DNA of 64,000 nt, taken from the NCBI GenBank assembly GCA_051942205.1, contig JAVECO010000054.1:1-64000 (forward strand). The letters are read 5' to 3'. The stretch is from Coniocarpon cinnabarinum (taxonomy: Eukaryota). Below are positions 27,336 to 38,536 of the stretch, one piece after another. The translations under genes and the position numbers were made by a program. The first letter of the stretch is position 1. Every line of letters starts with the position of its first letter. The notes below the pieces were generated by a model that did not search any database, was not told where the DNA came from, and saw only the letters and a program-made list of their open reading frames with translations.

Positions 27336-28215
27336 CGAAGAAGACTGTGTTTCGCTGTTTAACTTGGCCAGAACTGCATCGCGTCTCCTGCCATTCTGAT
27401 GCGCTTCGCAGCCTCGAAGAGTGCAGCGTATGAACTCTCGGCGGGCATAGGCAGGATCGGAGCCAGCCTGTATGTATGAATAGGAGCTCAATCAAAAACA
27501 AAACCTCTAGTACCGGCGTGAAATGGTTGAAGCGCTGTTTGAGGAGTAATTCTCATCCCAATGACTTGGTGCTGTGAGATCAGTTGCAGATGCGACATGA
27601 CCATGGCGAGGCTTAGTTGATACCTTTGCTCGAGACAGGTGAATGGACGTGACAGCAAGTAGCAGTCGTAAGAGTCACCAACAAAGGTGGGCGGTGCCGA
27701 TCTTCAACAAAGAAAAAAGGGGCTGGACATGGGGTCAGGGTTACTGCACGAGAGAACCATTTTTACACGCTGTACGAATAATCTGTGCGAGCAATTCATG
27801 AGCCAAAATGCTCTTCTGAAACATGCTCACAGTATTGGCGTAGCCGTAGATTATCAAAAAGTTCAAGATAATCCAATGCTGAAACTTTTGGCCCAGCAAC
27901 AGCAAACCCTGTTGGCCAATGGACGCGTCAACGCTAGTGCCGATCACACAACGTTGTTTGTCGCATCGCACTCCACACTGCGCCTTTTCTACTTTCCCCT
28001 GCCTTTTCTTTTTCTCTCCATCTGTCTCCTGCAGACAGACCATTTCAACTGCATTCACTCGTTTGGCATTGCATTTCACATCTTCTCTCACGATCGTTTC
28101 ACGACATTTACTGCATTTACGACCTTGCATCTCAGCGGAGTCATTTTGAGTTTCGGGTGCTGCCGCCCGAAGGATCGTTAGCAAATCTCAAGTCTCAGAT
28201 CTTCCCGCGAGAAGG

Positions 28216-29666
28216 ATGCACCTAGTCCCTTCTCTCGCAGCATTGGCAGTACTTTCATCCCTCGTCTACGGTCAACAGCAGCGTGTGTGTAACAACGCCG
28301 CCGCCCTTTGTGATCGGTCCTATGGAAACATTACCCATCTCGGTGCCCACGACTCGTTCTCAGTCCGCAATGCCTCAAACTCGTATTCGGTGGCAGCCGA
28401 CCAATTCTACACCACTCTACAGCAATTGGATGCAGGCGTCCGACTGGTGACTGCTCAGGTATGTTGATTGCCTTGCTACTGTCATTCTACGATGCTTGCT
28501 GATTTTATCTGTGACAGGTGCACCGTTCCTCTGGTGGGGATGCTGTGACAAACGAGGGCAGTGCCATTGGCAGCGGAGCAGTAGCACAGTACGGGAAGAC
28601 CTCGCCTCAGGTCGAAAATGGTGCAAGCAGTGCCGGCAATGCTGTTGCTACTGGTGCGAAGCAGGCTGCTGCCACCGTGGCCAGTGGTACGAGCTCTGCT
28701 TTGGATGACGCTGGCAACGCTTTGAGCTCAGTGTTCGGCGGCAATGGCAAGAGACAGGCAGACGACTTGCAAGAGTGGAGGTTGTGTCATTCCAACTGCT
28801 TGCTTTATGACGGAGGTTCGATGGTTGATTGGCTGAGTGGCATCAAGGGCTGGCTCGACGCTCACCCAACCGACGTGGTGACTGTTCTGCTGGTGAACAG
28901 CGACAATGCTGATGCTGCGACATTGAAGAGTGTCTTCGCAGCCTCGGGCGCTGAGCATTATGCTTATACTCCTCCCAAAACCGATACCGCGCCATCGGAC
29001 TGGCCCACGTTGAACGACCTCATTGGACAGGGCAAGCGCTTGATGGTGTTCACTGCAGATCTGGAGCCGGCTCAGAACAGCGTAGCACCGTATCTGATGA
29101 ATGAGTTCAGCTTCATCTTCGAGAACAACTACGACAACGACTCACCATCGGATTTCTCATGTCAGCCCAACCGCCCGTCGACGCTGGAAAACAACATCCC
29201 TCAAGCGCTGCGGTCGAATTATCTGCCATTCATGAATCACTTCCTATACAACAAGATCAACGGACAGATCGAGGTTCCAGCGGTGGATCAGATTCAAACA
29301 ACGAATGCGCCGACTGGCAACGGGAGTTTAGGGGATGCTGCAAAGGCTTGCACTCAGCAGTGGAATCGAGCGCCTGCGTTCGTGTTGGTGGACTTCTTCA
29401 ACGTTGGCAACCCTTTTACTGTGGTAGACGGACTGAATGGTGTTTCTGGGCAGACGAGTGGAAGGCTGCTCGTGCCGGATACGGTCGACGCTGCGACCAA
29501 GACACCAAGCCCAACAGTCTATCAAGGTGCCACTGGACCGACAGCCATGGCAGATATGGGTGCGACCTCGACTGGCGCGATGGTACGGACTTCTGGTGCC
29601 TTTCGGGTGGATGCCAGCTTGACTATGGTTGCACTGGCTGCGTTGACCATAGTGAGCTGGTCATAA
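28216..29666 (+). CDS. Secreted, probably GPI-anchored PI-PLC-X-like phosphodiesterase, 2 exons
   Basis: Signal peptide; 'LCDRSYGNITHLGAHDS', 'QLDAGVR', 'LCHSNC', 'WLDAHPTDVVTVLLVN', 'MNHFL', 'PAFVLVDFF'; intron 28459-28517; hydrophobic C-terminus. Confidence 0.85.
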
Positions 29667-30777
29667 ACATGTATACATAGATAAATGAAGATTGGCAGCT
29701 GTTATAGACAGCCTCTGCCGGTTCAATACAACGCAGGGACTTTACAGTCTTCTTGGTTCGAGCCAGACTCTTTCGTCCGTGCTTTCCGGTCATGATTTGC
29801 CGATCTTTATGCGTCGAGTGGCGAATTCAATTGCTGGACACAGTGCTTGCTATTCGACGATTTAGTTCAGGACGTAGATTTTCTTTGATCTTTCTGCATT
29901 AAATTGAAGCCTCCCGCACTTTGACTTCTCTATCGTCTCAAACGATTATCTTGCCTCAAGATTAAGCCGTTGCACTAGTGTCAATCAATCTCTGCTTGTG
30001 GTTTTGCGCCACAAAGACTACACTGTAGCTTGGTTAAGTCCCTTGTAAGAGCAGATAACGGCGCTTCTAAACTACTTTCACGGTTCTTCAACGACCTTCA
30101 GACATGATCACAAAGGTTTCATGGGCAGTGTGGCCCACTAGAATGTTCTTTTGGCCTGCTTACCAAAGATTGGTCGCACTGCTAGCGCTGAGTATTCTCT
30201 AAACTAGAGCAGATAACAAGAAGCAAGTTTGAGAATAAGCGTTAAAGAACTCTTGACAGTCCTTTCGAAGACCCTTTGAAGCTGCTCAACACAGCGATTA
30301 TCAGGCTCAATGTGCTGAATGCTCAGAACGCAAGAATGACTTGTCGAAAATCTTCGCAATGTTGACAGCAGAATTCGGTCGTCGTTGACAGTGCGTAGAC
30401 TTGGAAATGAAGCAGGTGCCGGTGTGTCACCGAGACCGCTTCTTGACCCCCTAACCGTCATACCGCTACACCAGAGCCTCGTTGGAGGTTAGCGCTTCCC
30501 GTGATCGTTGTGTGTATACTAAAAGTGCGTCGCGCGTTCTTCTTTGCTCCTCAAAGACGACAGATATCCTATGCTGTTATTGCCTATACTGCTCAGTCAC
30601 GCACCGACTGTATAGCAACTTTCACTCACGCATCCACGCCCACAAATCATCCTTTTGCCTCGTGTTTCTCGTTCGTCGAATGTTTTTCTGCGTGTTTCTG
30701 CTGGCGTTCGGACCCGCGTGGTGTGCGTGTTTTCCCTTGTTCCAGTAAGTCCATTCGAACACCTTCAAAAAAGGAAA

Positions 30778-31482
30778 ATGCCGCCGAAGCTTCCTGCAAA
30801 GCGTGCTTCTGGTCCTTTGGACTCCTTTTTGTTGGACAAACGCCCACGCACTGATGCTCCTGTTCAAGAGAGCGCTACCCGTGCTGGTGAGAGCACAGGT
30901 GTCAGTGCGGCAAGCAGCACAGATGCTACTGCATCTGCTGAGGATATGCCTGCCTTCATTGCAGGGCTTTCGGACGCTGCTGCTGCGGATCTTGTCGCTT
31001 CGTACGAGGACGACGTTAAGGATTCTGCCGCCCTTTTGCAAGGGCTCTCGGCTGAAGCCGTGAATGATCTCGCCGCCGATTACACGGACAGCGAGGATCA
31101 ACCAAGTCAAGCGTCGCCTGGTTCTAAGCCGGGGTTTCATGATGTTGACGTGGTCGGGAGCGTGCCGGCTGTTTCTGAGCAGGCTTGTGAGAGTTACGCG
31201 GAAAATAAGGAGGTGTGCTGGCAGCGTATCCGTCGTTGTATTATATCCTATTTCGACCGCAAAGATCAGCTTGATGTGGCCTCGGCCTTGCGACTCGTGT
31301 TGTTGATTGCGCGAGAGGGCAGCAGTGGAATTGTTTGTGGAACAACGCCTAATATTCGCAACTTGCTGCGTGTAGACTTGCTTAGTGGTCTTCGCGCAGA
31401 TAAGCGGATGCCGATAAGACTGCTGATGTTGAGAAAAGCAATGTTAATTGCGGTTGTATGTTGGATCTGCCCCGAGTTATAG
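30778..31482 (+). CDS. Orphan hypothetical protein (may be spliced or degenerate at the 3' end)
   Basis: Open frame from ATG 'MPPKLPAKR' with protein-like composition and an internal ~19-aa repeat; no recognisable family. Confidence 0.4.
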   Translation: MPPKLPAKRASGPLDSFLLDKRPRTDAPVQESATRAGESTGVSAASSTDATASAEDMPAFIAGLSDAAAADLVASYEDDVKDSAALLQGLSAEAVNDLAADYTDSEDQPSQASPGSKPGFHDVDVVGSVPAVSEQACESYAENKEVCWQRIRRCIISYFDRKDQLDVASALRLVLLIAREGSSGIVCGTTPNIRNLLRVDLLSGLRADKRMPIRLLMLRKAMLIAVVCWICPEL

Positions 31483-33332
31483 TAGATTCAATTCGAGGGC
31501 ATATCACCATGCCAACAAATCAGTCGGTCCCACGGAGCGTTCGTGCAAGAGCCGCACCGACGCCTGGCCTCGCAGCTAAACAGATGGGTGGGAAGGGCGA
31601 CTCAAACAAAGAAGAACTTTCTTATGATGATTGTGTAGGGGCATAGGCTAGGACGCGCTCAGTGCGTGACTGTGTAGACCTCTTGTGAGACTATTGTTCG
31701 TGTTTGAAGCACCAGAGCTTGGTGCTAGCTCTCGACAAGACGGTTGTGGAACCAGCGAAGGTGGCCTGGTTTGGAACAAGTGTTGAGATGAGTTCACGAG
31801 TCGGAGAATGTGGGAGATATTTACAATCCTATACGTGCATGTGCGTTTGAACAAGCGTTTTTCTGGAATTTGTCAACATGTTAGCAATCAACAGCACCCT
31901 ATTCAGTGCTCAATATCACACAAATAGACTCTGCCGACATGGCCACAACTTTGAGGCTATACTGTGGCATGTCGTAGGTGCTTCATGCTTAGACAGTAGC
32001 CTATGCTAAGTGCTGCATCATCTTGGATTTGTCATGCCTCTGATTTAGAGCCCTAGCTACTCATCCAAGAGCGCAAAGCATACCTGTTAGCCGTCGAACA
32101 ATCTGGTCAATGACTTCTGATAGCGAGATCAGAGCTCTTTATACCAACGGTGACAATCATGAGAAGATGGATTGAAATGCGGTCCGTTTCTGTGCATGCT
32201 GTGTAAGTCAGCCATTGAGAGCAATCCAGGTGTTGTAAAAATCGATGACTAAGTCACTCAATGCCTGCTCCCAGCTATATTCAGGTTGCACCATCCTTAG
32301 TAGCCCGGTCCTGTGAAAGAAGCGGACAAAGTTTCGACCGTTACATCTGCGGTTAATCTGTTGCATAACGCAGCTCATGTCATGTGTTGGGGATTTTTTT
32401 CTCGGACGGTTTGACGAGCCGTTTCATGCTCCACGTTCTGAAACAAACTTCGGTAAGCTCATGAAGCTCTTCGTTGATAGCTATTACTCGCAATGGACAA
32501 TGCTCTGTTGCGTGGTACCGAGAGAACATGATCACCTACTCTTTGGTCTCTCCGCGAGGTAGACAGGCCGCCTTTACGACTGGTGTTTGCAAATTGTTAG
32601 AGTAATTGGATCGCAAGCGCCGTAAGAAATTTGATTTTTCGAGACTGTTTTATGTCATACACTGACAGTTTTGCGGCCGCAGCTGGACCCGAAACAAAAG
32701 TAGGCTAAGTAGTTACGCCCTCGCGGAGGGGTTGTGGCATGAAGTCGCACAGCGCACGCGCCTCGAAGTTCTGCTAAGCATGCAGTGAGCTTTTAGACCG
32801 CTCTTTCGTGTACACCGCTTCCCAAGAGGTGAGGCGTGCTATGGAGCTCGCAATCTCAAATGGTGCCAAAATCGGTAAGCGCAGGGACTACCAGTCGTTT
32901 TCTGCCTACTTAAAGTATTAACTGTGTAAATTAAACCCCCAACAAACAATATAGATTTTGCGCCGTATTGTCTGGCAAATACTCGAGCGCAAACGTCCAT
33001 CCGTCGTTGACTAAGTCTTCTTACTTGCTGTGCTCTTTCGGGTATCGAGTATTACGAGCGTTCAATCTTCGGTCGAAAAACATCAACGGTGAACGATCTT
33101 ATTTTGCACGTTAAAATCGTATCCTTTCTGCTTAGAACTTCTAGAGACTAATAATGAATATCAGAAATACACGATCCTTGAGAAAGTAGCAACATATAAT
33201 AGCAGTAGGACCAATAGTAGTGTTTATGCGCCTGCCTAGCCCTTTAACAGACAGATTAAAGGATAAGGACAGCTATGTAAGAATGATTATTGACCATATA
33301 TTTTCAAATAAAAAATCTTGGGAGTATAATTA

Positions 33333-33488
33333 GCCCGCGTAGCTCAGTTGGTTAGAGCGTCGTACTAATATCGTTTCGACTGGTTCGATAATATTGGTAT
33401 GCGAAGGTTTGTTAAATCCTCGCCATCTTCTATAGAAGGTTCTAATTAACTCTGGATCAGGTCTTTGGTTCGAACCCAAGCGTGGGCA
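33333..33488 (+). tRNA. tRNA-Ile(AAT) with two intervening sequences (33371-33398 canonical; 33407-33460 in the variable loop)
   Basis: Acceptor GCCCGCG/CGTGGGC+A; D arm GCTC-AGTTGGTTA-GAGC; anticodon stem TCGTA/TGCGA with loop CT-AAT-A; variable loop AG^GTC; T arm TTTGG-TTCGAAC-CCAAG; T-tract downstream. Confidence 0.88.
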
Positions 33489-33506
33489 TTTTCTTTTCCT
33501 TTTTTT
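33489..33506 (+). terminator. RNA polymerase III T-tract terminator
   Basis: TTTTCTTTTCCTTTTTTT directly after the tRNA discriminator base. Confidence 0.7.
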
Positions 33507-35326
33507 AACTTTCCTATTATATTTATTCGTATTTTAATCTATCTAAAGTCTATTATTGAGTATCTAAAGTAAGGTTTTTTTTTAAGAGTTTACTCTCCGA
33601 AGATACTGTATTCTATGTGCTTACAGCTACTTAGATTTTTGAAACATAACATTAAAGTGCGCTCTCGAAGAATTCTATCGTAGCACAATAGGTCCAACCT
33701 ACACTTAATCTCTAAATCATGCTCATTATTCGCAAATAGAGGAGAAGATCCCTGTGCGTTTGGATCAAGCTACTCATTTTAAGAGGCTATTATTATGGAC
33801 GACTTACATTAAATTTATACATCATCTTTTGCTTCTTAGTAATTATTAGAGATGCAATGTCTTTAAAGTCTAATCTGATCTGACTACAATTTGCTTCTTG
33901 TTGTTGACCATGATACGCTATACCAGCAGAGAATAGAAAGTAGCAAACGTTAAAACAATTAAAACTTTCTGACCTATTAAACATAACTGCCGGTACTAAC
34001 TAGGCGTCTAAGTTTGCTTAGCAGGCTAGATTATGTTGCGCCTACTTAATCGCTTAATCTTGCTCGCCCTTCTATAGAGGGTCATTAGGCTTTACATCTG
34101 GCTTCGTCTGGCTTTAAGTGGAAGGTCAGCATAGATCGAGATGAAAGACTAAGCGATCAATTCAGAACTTTTGTTCTTTGCGAAATGATCATTTCGTATA
34201 ATTGTAAAAGCATTGACTAACCCTTTCTATGATCACCTCAATAGCCGCTCGCAGCAACAAGGGTAGACTATGAGGTGAGTACAACTATCGTGGCTGCTCA
34301 GATGCTGCTTCAAAGGCCGGGAATAGTGGTGCTTACATCTTGTGGCAGGCTCTTTTTTCTCGGCCTAGGCTAGGCGAAAGGCTCAAGGGGTTGGAGAGAC
34401 TTCAGATTTCTGTGCAGGTTTTGGCAATCATTGGCGCCGATGACTATAGCCGGGAAGGCAGGAGGCACCCTCTTATTGCTTTTTGATACTGGTGGCGGTA
34501 GTGGTGGTGGCTCTGTCGATGCTCATGCTCGTGCTAGAAGGACTAAGAGGAGGGAAGAGGAGGAGGAGGAAAAAGTGTAAGAATATGTGCGGGACAGTTG
34601 CTAATACTACCGTCACCGTCATCTAAGCGGTCTACAGTCTGCGGCACCGCTACTTTCCCCGTGCTCTGAAACACTCACCGCTCTTTTACCAGACCACAGG
34701 CGCGGGATCGCCATTAGTACTATGAAGGACGGGTGTTGGAGTTCGATCGTTGGCATTGAGTTTGTGTGACCACATCTTAACATCCCACTTCGCAAGTGCG
34801 GGGTAATGGGTGCCATAGGAAACGGCGAGGCAAGATTTGCTTAGTGAGAGAAGCAGTATCAGGAATGACTGTGCAAAGGTGTTCGAGTAAATGGCGAAGA
34901 GGCGTCAAGAAGTCCCCTTGAAGAGGCGGTGAAGGTTTCAAGATACAGTCTGGTCCAGGAGGAACTATCGCACATGATTGCGGATCACTTGCGTCACTCG
35001 CAAAGCGGAGTTTTTCACCGTCTCTGCGCTGTCGCCGGCGTTCCCTTGTATGAACTAGGTTCAATACTTCGCAGAAGCGGTGTGCGAGTACGAGAATGTG
35101 GATGCCTGGTCGCCGAGTACAACTCGGAAGACCGGTGAGGAATGTTGTACGCTGTAAGGCAGCGTAATGAAAACCTTCGTCAATGAAAGCACTCCGGCGG
35201 AACTACCAATGGTGAGTACCAGTCTCGAAATAGTTTTAGAGGCACATGGCTATTGTACTCCTTGTCTGTTAAGAAACTTGTGGCATCAGACTGCTTGTGA
35301 AATCCGATGATCAGCCTTTCCGACAC

Positions 35327-36649
35327 CTAATCATGCTGAAACAGCACACTGATACTTTCGCCATGATGTACTCTCCTGATTGCCTCCGCAAACACGCCAC
35401 CAACCTCTAACACCTCCAACTTCTTACATCGCGCTTGATGCTCCTCCTGGTTCACGCTATTAGTTACCACAACCTTGTCCAGAGCACTAGCACCAATTCT
35501 CTCAATCGCATCACCGCTCAGGACGCCATGCGTGACGAGGGCGATGATGTGTTGAGCACCTTTCCTCTGTAGGAGCTTCGCAGCACGAGTGATGGTGTTA
35601 GACGTGTCTGCCAGGTCGTCAATCAAGATTGCGGTCTTGCCTGCTACGTTTCCAACCAATATCATGCTTGCACTCGTTCTCTCTTCGGTTTTGACATCTA
35701 CAGCCACACCATTCACCGGAGGTGGTGTCCGTTCTCTGGGACGCTCTTTGTGTATCAGCGCGAAAGACATGCCCAGAGAGTCGGCTATTGATGTGGCTCT
35801 CTTTGCCCCACCCGCGTCTGGACTGACAATCACAGCATCATCCTGGTAATTTGGAATGCTTCTCTCAATGTATCGTCGCAGCAGATGACGGCCGTAGAGG
35901 TTGTCGACAGGGATGTCGAAGAAACCTTGGTACTGTGGATCGTGTAGATCCATTGTGATGATGTGATCAGCTCCAGCGGCGGTCAGTAGATCAGCGACAA
36001 GCGTCCCTGCTTGTGCTACCCATTGTTTATATCCGCGTTGAGGAGAGAAAGTTTCGTTGGTGGGTGTCGAGATTGGAGCAACCGAAGTCGTATTTGCATA
36101 GCCTGCTGATGAGCTATTCGCGCCGTTCGCGCCGTTGACGAGGGGCCTGGGCGGAGTATGATGCGCATGGAATCTTGAGGTCGGTGCTTGTGCGGCTGAA
36201 CTAAAATGAGAGTCCTGGTGAGGCCCTGAGTCAAAGCTGTGATTGCCATTTGATATGTTCGCGGATGCAGGTGCTGATGGGCCTTTGCTAAGTGGCGCAC
36301 CCGCCTTGTTGTACGGGATGTCACTCTGTCGTGAATACGGGAAGAGCGGAAGTACAGCTGTCACCTTCTTTGCGGAGGCCGTCTTGCACGCACTGATCGT
36401 AATGAGAAGCTCCACTAGATGATCATTAACGGTGTTGTTTGGCGAGTTGGATGAGAGGGAACCTGTTCCTGCAGACTGGATAATGTAGACGTCTTTGCCA
36501 CGGACTGACTCTCTGATTTCGACTCGCGTTTCACCAACTGAAAATTTGCTGAGTGTGATTTCTCCCGGCGGAATGCCGAGCGTATTGCAGATGGTCTCGG
36601 TGAGGGCAGGATGGGAAGACCCCCCAAAGATGACCAAATTGCGGACCAT
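35327..36649 (-). CDS. PRS5: Ribose-phosphate pyrophosphokinase, Prs5-type
   Basis: 'MVRNLVIFGGSSH', 'FSVGETRV', 'PLFPYSRQ', 'TMDLHDPQYQGFFDIPVDNL', 'VSPDAGGAKRA', 'ILIDDLADT'. Insertions after YSRQ and after IHKER match the two non-homologous regions of Prs5. First plausible ATG is at 36649. Confidence 0.9.
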   Translation of the reverse strand: MVRNLVIFGGSSHPALTETICNTLGIPPGEITLSKFSVGETRVEIRESVRGKDVYIIQSAGTGSLSSNSPNNTVNDHLVELLITISACKTASAKKVTAVLPLFPYSRQSDIPYNKAGAPLSKGPSAPASANISNGNHSFDSGPHQDSHFSSAAQAPTSRFHAHHTPPRPLVNGANGANSSSAGYANTTSVAPISTPTNETFSPQRGYKQWVAQAGTLVADLLTAAGADHIITMDLHDPQYQGFFDIPVDNLYGRHLLRRYIERSIPNYQDDAVIVSPDAGGAKRATSIADSLGMSFALIHKERPRERTPPPVNGVAVDVKTEERTSASMILVGNVAGKTAILIDDLADTSNTITRAAKLLQRKGAQHIIALVTHGVLSGDAIERIGASALDKVVVTNSVNQEEHQARCKKLEVLEVGGVFAEAIRRVHHGESISVLFQHD

Positions 36650-37727
36650 CGTACCGTCAGCGCAATGCGTATTCAGAGCGCATGTCACAGGCTATTGGGC
36701 AGCTCCAGTGGCACGATACAGCGGCTCGAGAGGTATATCAGTGAGAACGTCTGAAATTAGAATGAGACCCTTTGCTATCTAAACACGTGATCCAAGCGAC
36801 AGCAGACTCCACCAACAGCAAACAAGCGTAGCTTTCACCTATTGCAACTTAGTAAATTTAGGCAGTCGCCGTCGTTTCGTTCAGTAGATGCCGCGCGGGA
36901 GCTGTGTGCTGTGCTCTTGAGCAGTTGATCAATGTTCGAGCAAGTCTGCGTCAAAAGTAATGGGAGCTTTAGGACGTTATTGAGATGCCGGGGTTGCATC
37001 ATTGCATATTGTGGCACTGGGAAGTACTTGAGCAAAGCACCGGCCTCGTATAGAACCAAAAAATAGCCAAGGTTTTGGCATTTGGTCGAAGCGAAGACAG
37101 AAGTACGACTTGTGGTACTTAATTTGGGTCAAGCATGTGACGAGATCTGTGTATTCCGTACGATGCTTGCAGTCTGTGTGCCTTGCATGAGCCCGGAGTA
37201 GTGTGGAGGTCGTGGGGCGTCCTATGCCTGCAAGAGTCACGACCATGTCGACCACGGACATGCCGTTGCTGATACCACTCTGCGAGCCTATGTGGTAAGG
37301 CAGGCTTACATGACGAAGCCGTGGGTACAATGGCGAAAGCCCCCCTGCACCTTATGGAAGGATGAATTGTGCCCCAGCAGGTACTCTGCGACAAGCCGCC
37401 TGCCTTAACAGCCTGTGTCAATGAGCATGGCCAGAGCAGACCGGTTGTGTACTGCAAGACTAGCTTGTCGCGCTCCACATGATCTCCGGCCGACCAATGA
37501 TCAAGCTGGTACATCATATTCGCGAGCAGACCACCGGTTCCGACGGGATCATGCAGGCATCCCGCAAAGTTGCAGAAACTAAGATTGAGGCTGTTACAGC
37601 GACCGAGTGTATCGTGCTACGGAGTCAAGAAATCATCGCGGGTGAATACTTCTGAATCAGCTAGATAGAGACATCCAATGTCGACATTCTGGCTAGGAGT
37701 GGGGCAGAGGGAACTGGTGCTAATGTA

Positions 37728-37938
37728 CGGAGGTGCATCCACATAGTCTTTGCATGGCCCGTGCACGAGGGTCCATCAAACCCTAGCTAGGACTGTGCTA
37801 ACCCTACTTAGGGTAATCTTGGACCTTACCAAAAGTAGCAGGCTGTGATACAATCTTGGGTAGGGTTAGTAAAGCCCTAGTTAGGGTTGGCATACCCTTG
37901 TGCACGGGCCACGCAAAGACTACATGGATGCACCTCCG
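37728..37938. mobile_element. Fold-back MITE, Tc1/mariner-type (TA target duplication)
   Basis: TA|CGGAGGTGCATCCA...TGGATGCACCTCCG|TA; imperfect inverted arms of ~85 bp; 211 bp; non-coding. Confidence 0.85.
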
Positions 37939-38536
37939 TAGATCAATGACATGCAGACCTTGGCAGTGCCCGTGTGGCGAAGCACAAGCCTAGGAAACGA
38001 GCCTCTAGCACCATGAAACACTGGGTCTCAGAGCTGTGTACGGAGTACGGAGCACACGACAGCGAACCTGTCCTGCGCCTCCGAGAAGCAGTGGCCATGT
38101 AGCGTGATCCGGCGGGTCTCCGTGCTGGTGGAGTTCAAGACCCTTGGAGGTGGCCGTCGTGTGCCTGGCAGCCAAAGCTACTCTGTACGGGAAGCGGCCA
38201 ATGAGTGCCACGCTCGGCGAACCAGCCGTCCAGACCGACACGCCAGACCAGCCCCTAGCGCCACTTCCCCACGTCGCGCTAACTTTAGCGTCGCCCTCCC
38301 GCGAGCATCAGCTCAAGCCATTCTACTTTCAACCCTCCTCTCGCCCTCTTCTCCTCTTTCCCTCTTCCGTTTCTCACCCTCAGCTTCCTTCCGTACCCCC
38401 TCACGCACTCCTTGGTCCATCATCAGTCAGTGTCTGATCTTCTTTCGAGAAGCGCCTCTTCCACACGCATTGCGATACTACCTCCCCGCTCTCTCTTCCG
38501 CCTCATCACTAGAACTCCCCGAAAACGTCACACGAC

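Noticed and set aside
26735..27491. Long antisense ORFs over PRKRIP1 (and similar shadows over other genes)
   Set aside because: Shadow frames of low-complexity coding sequence; no motifs.
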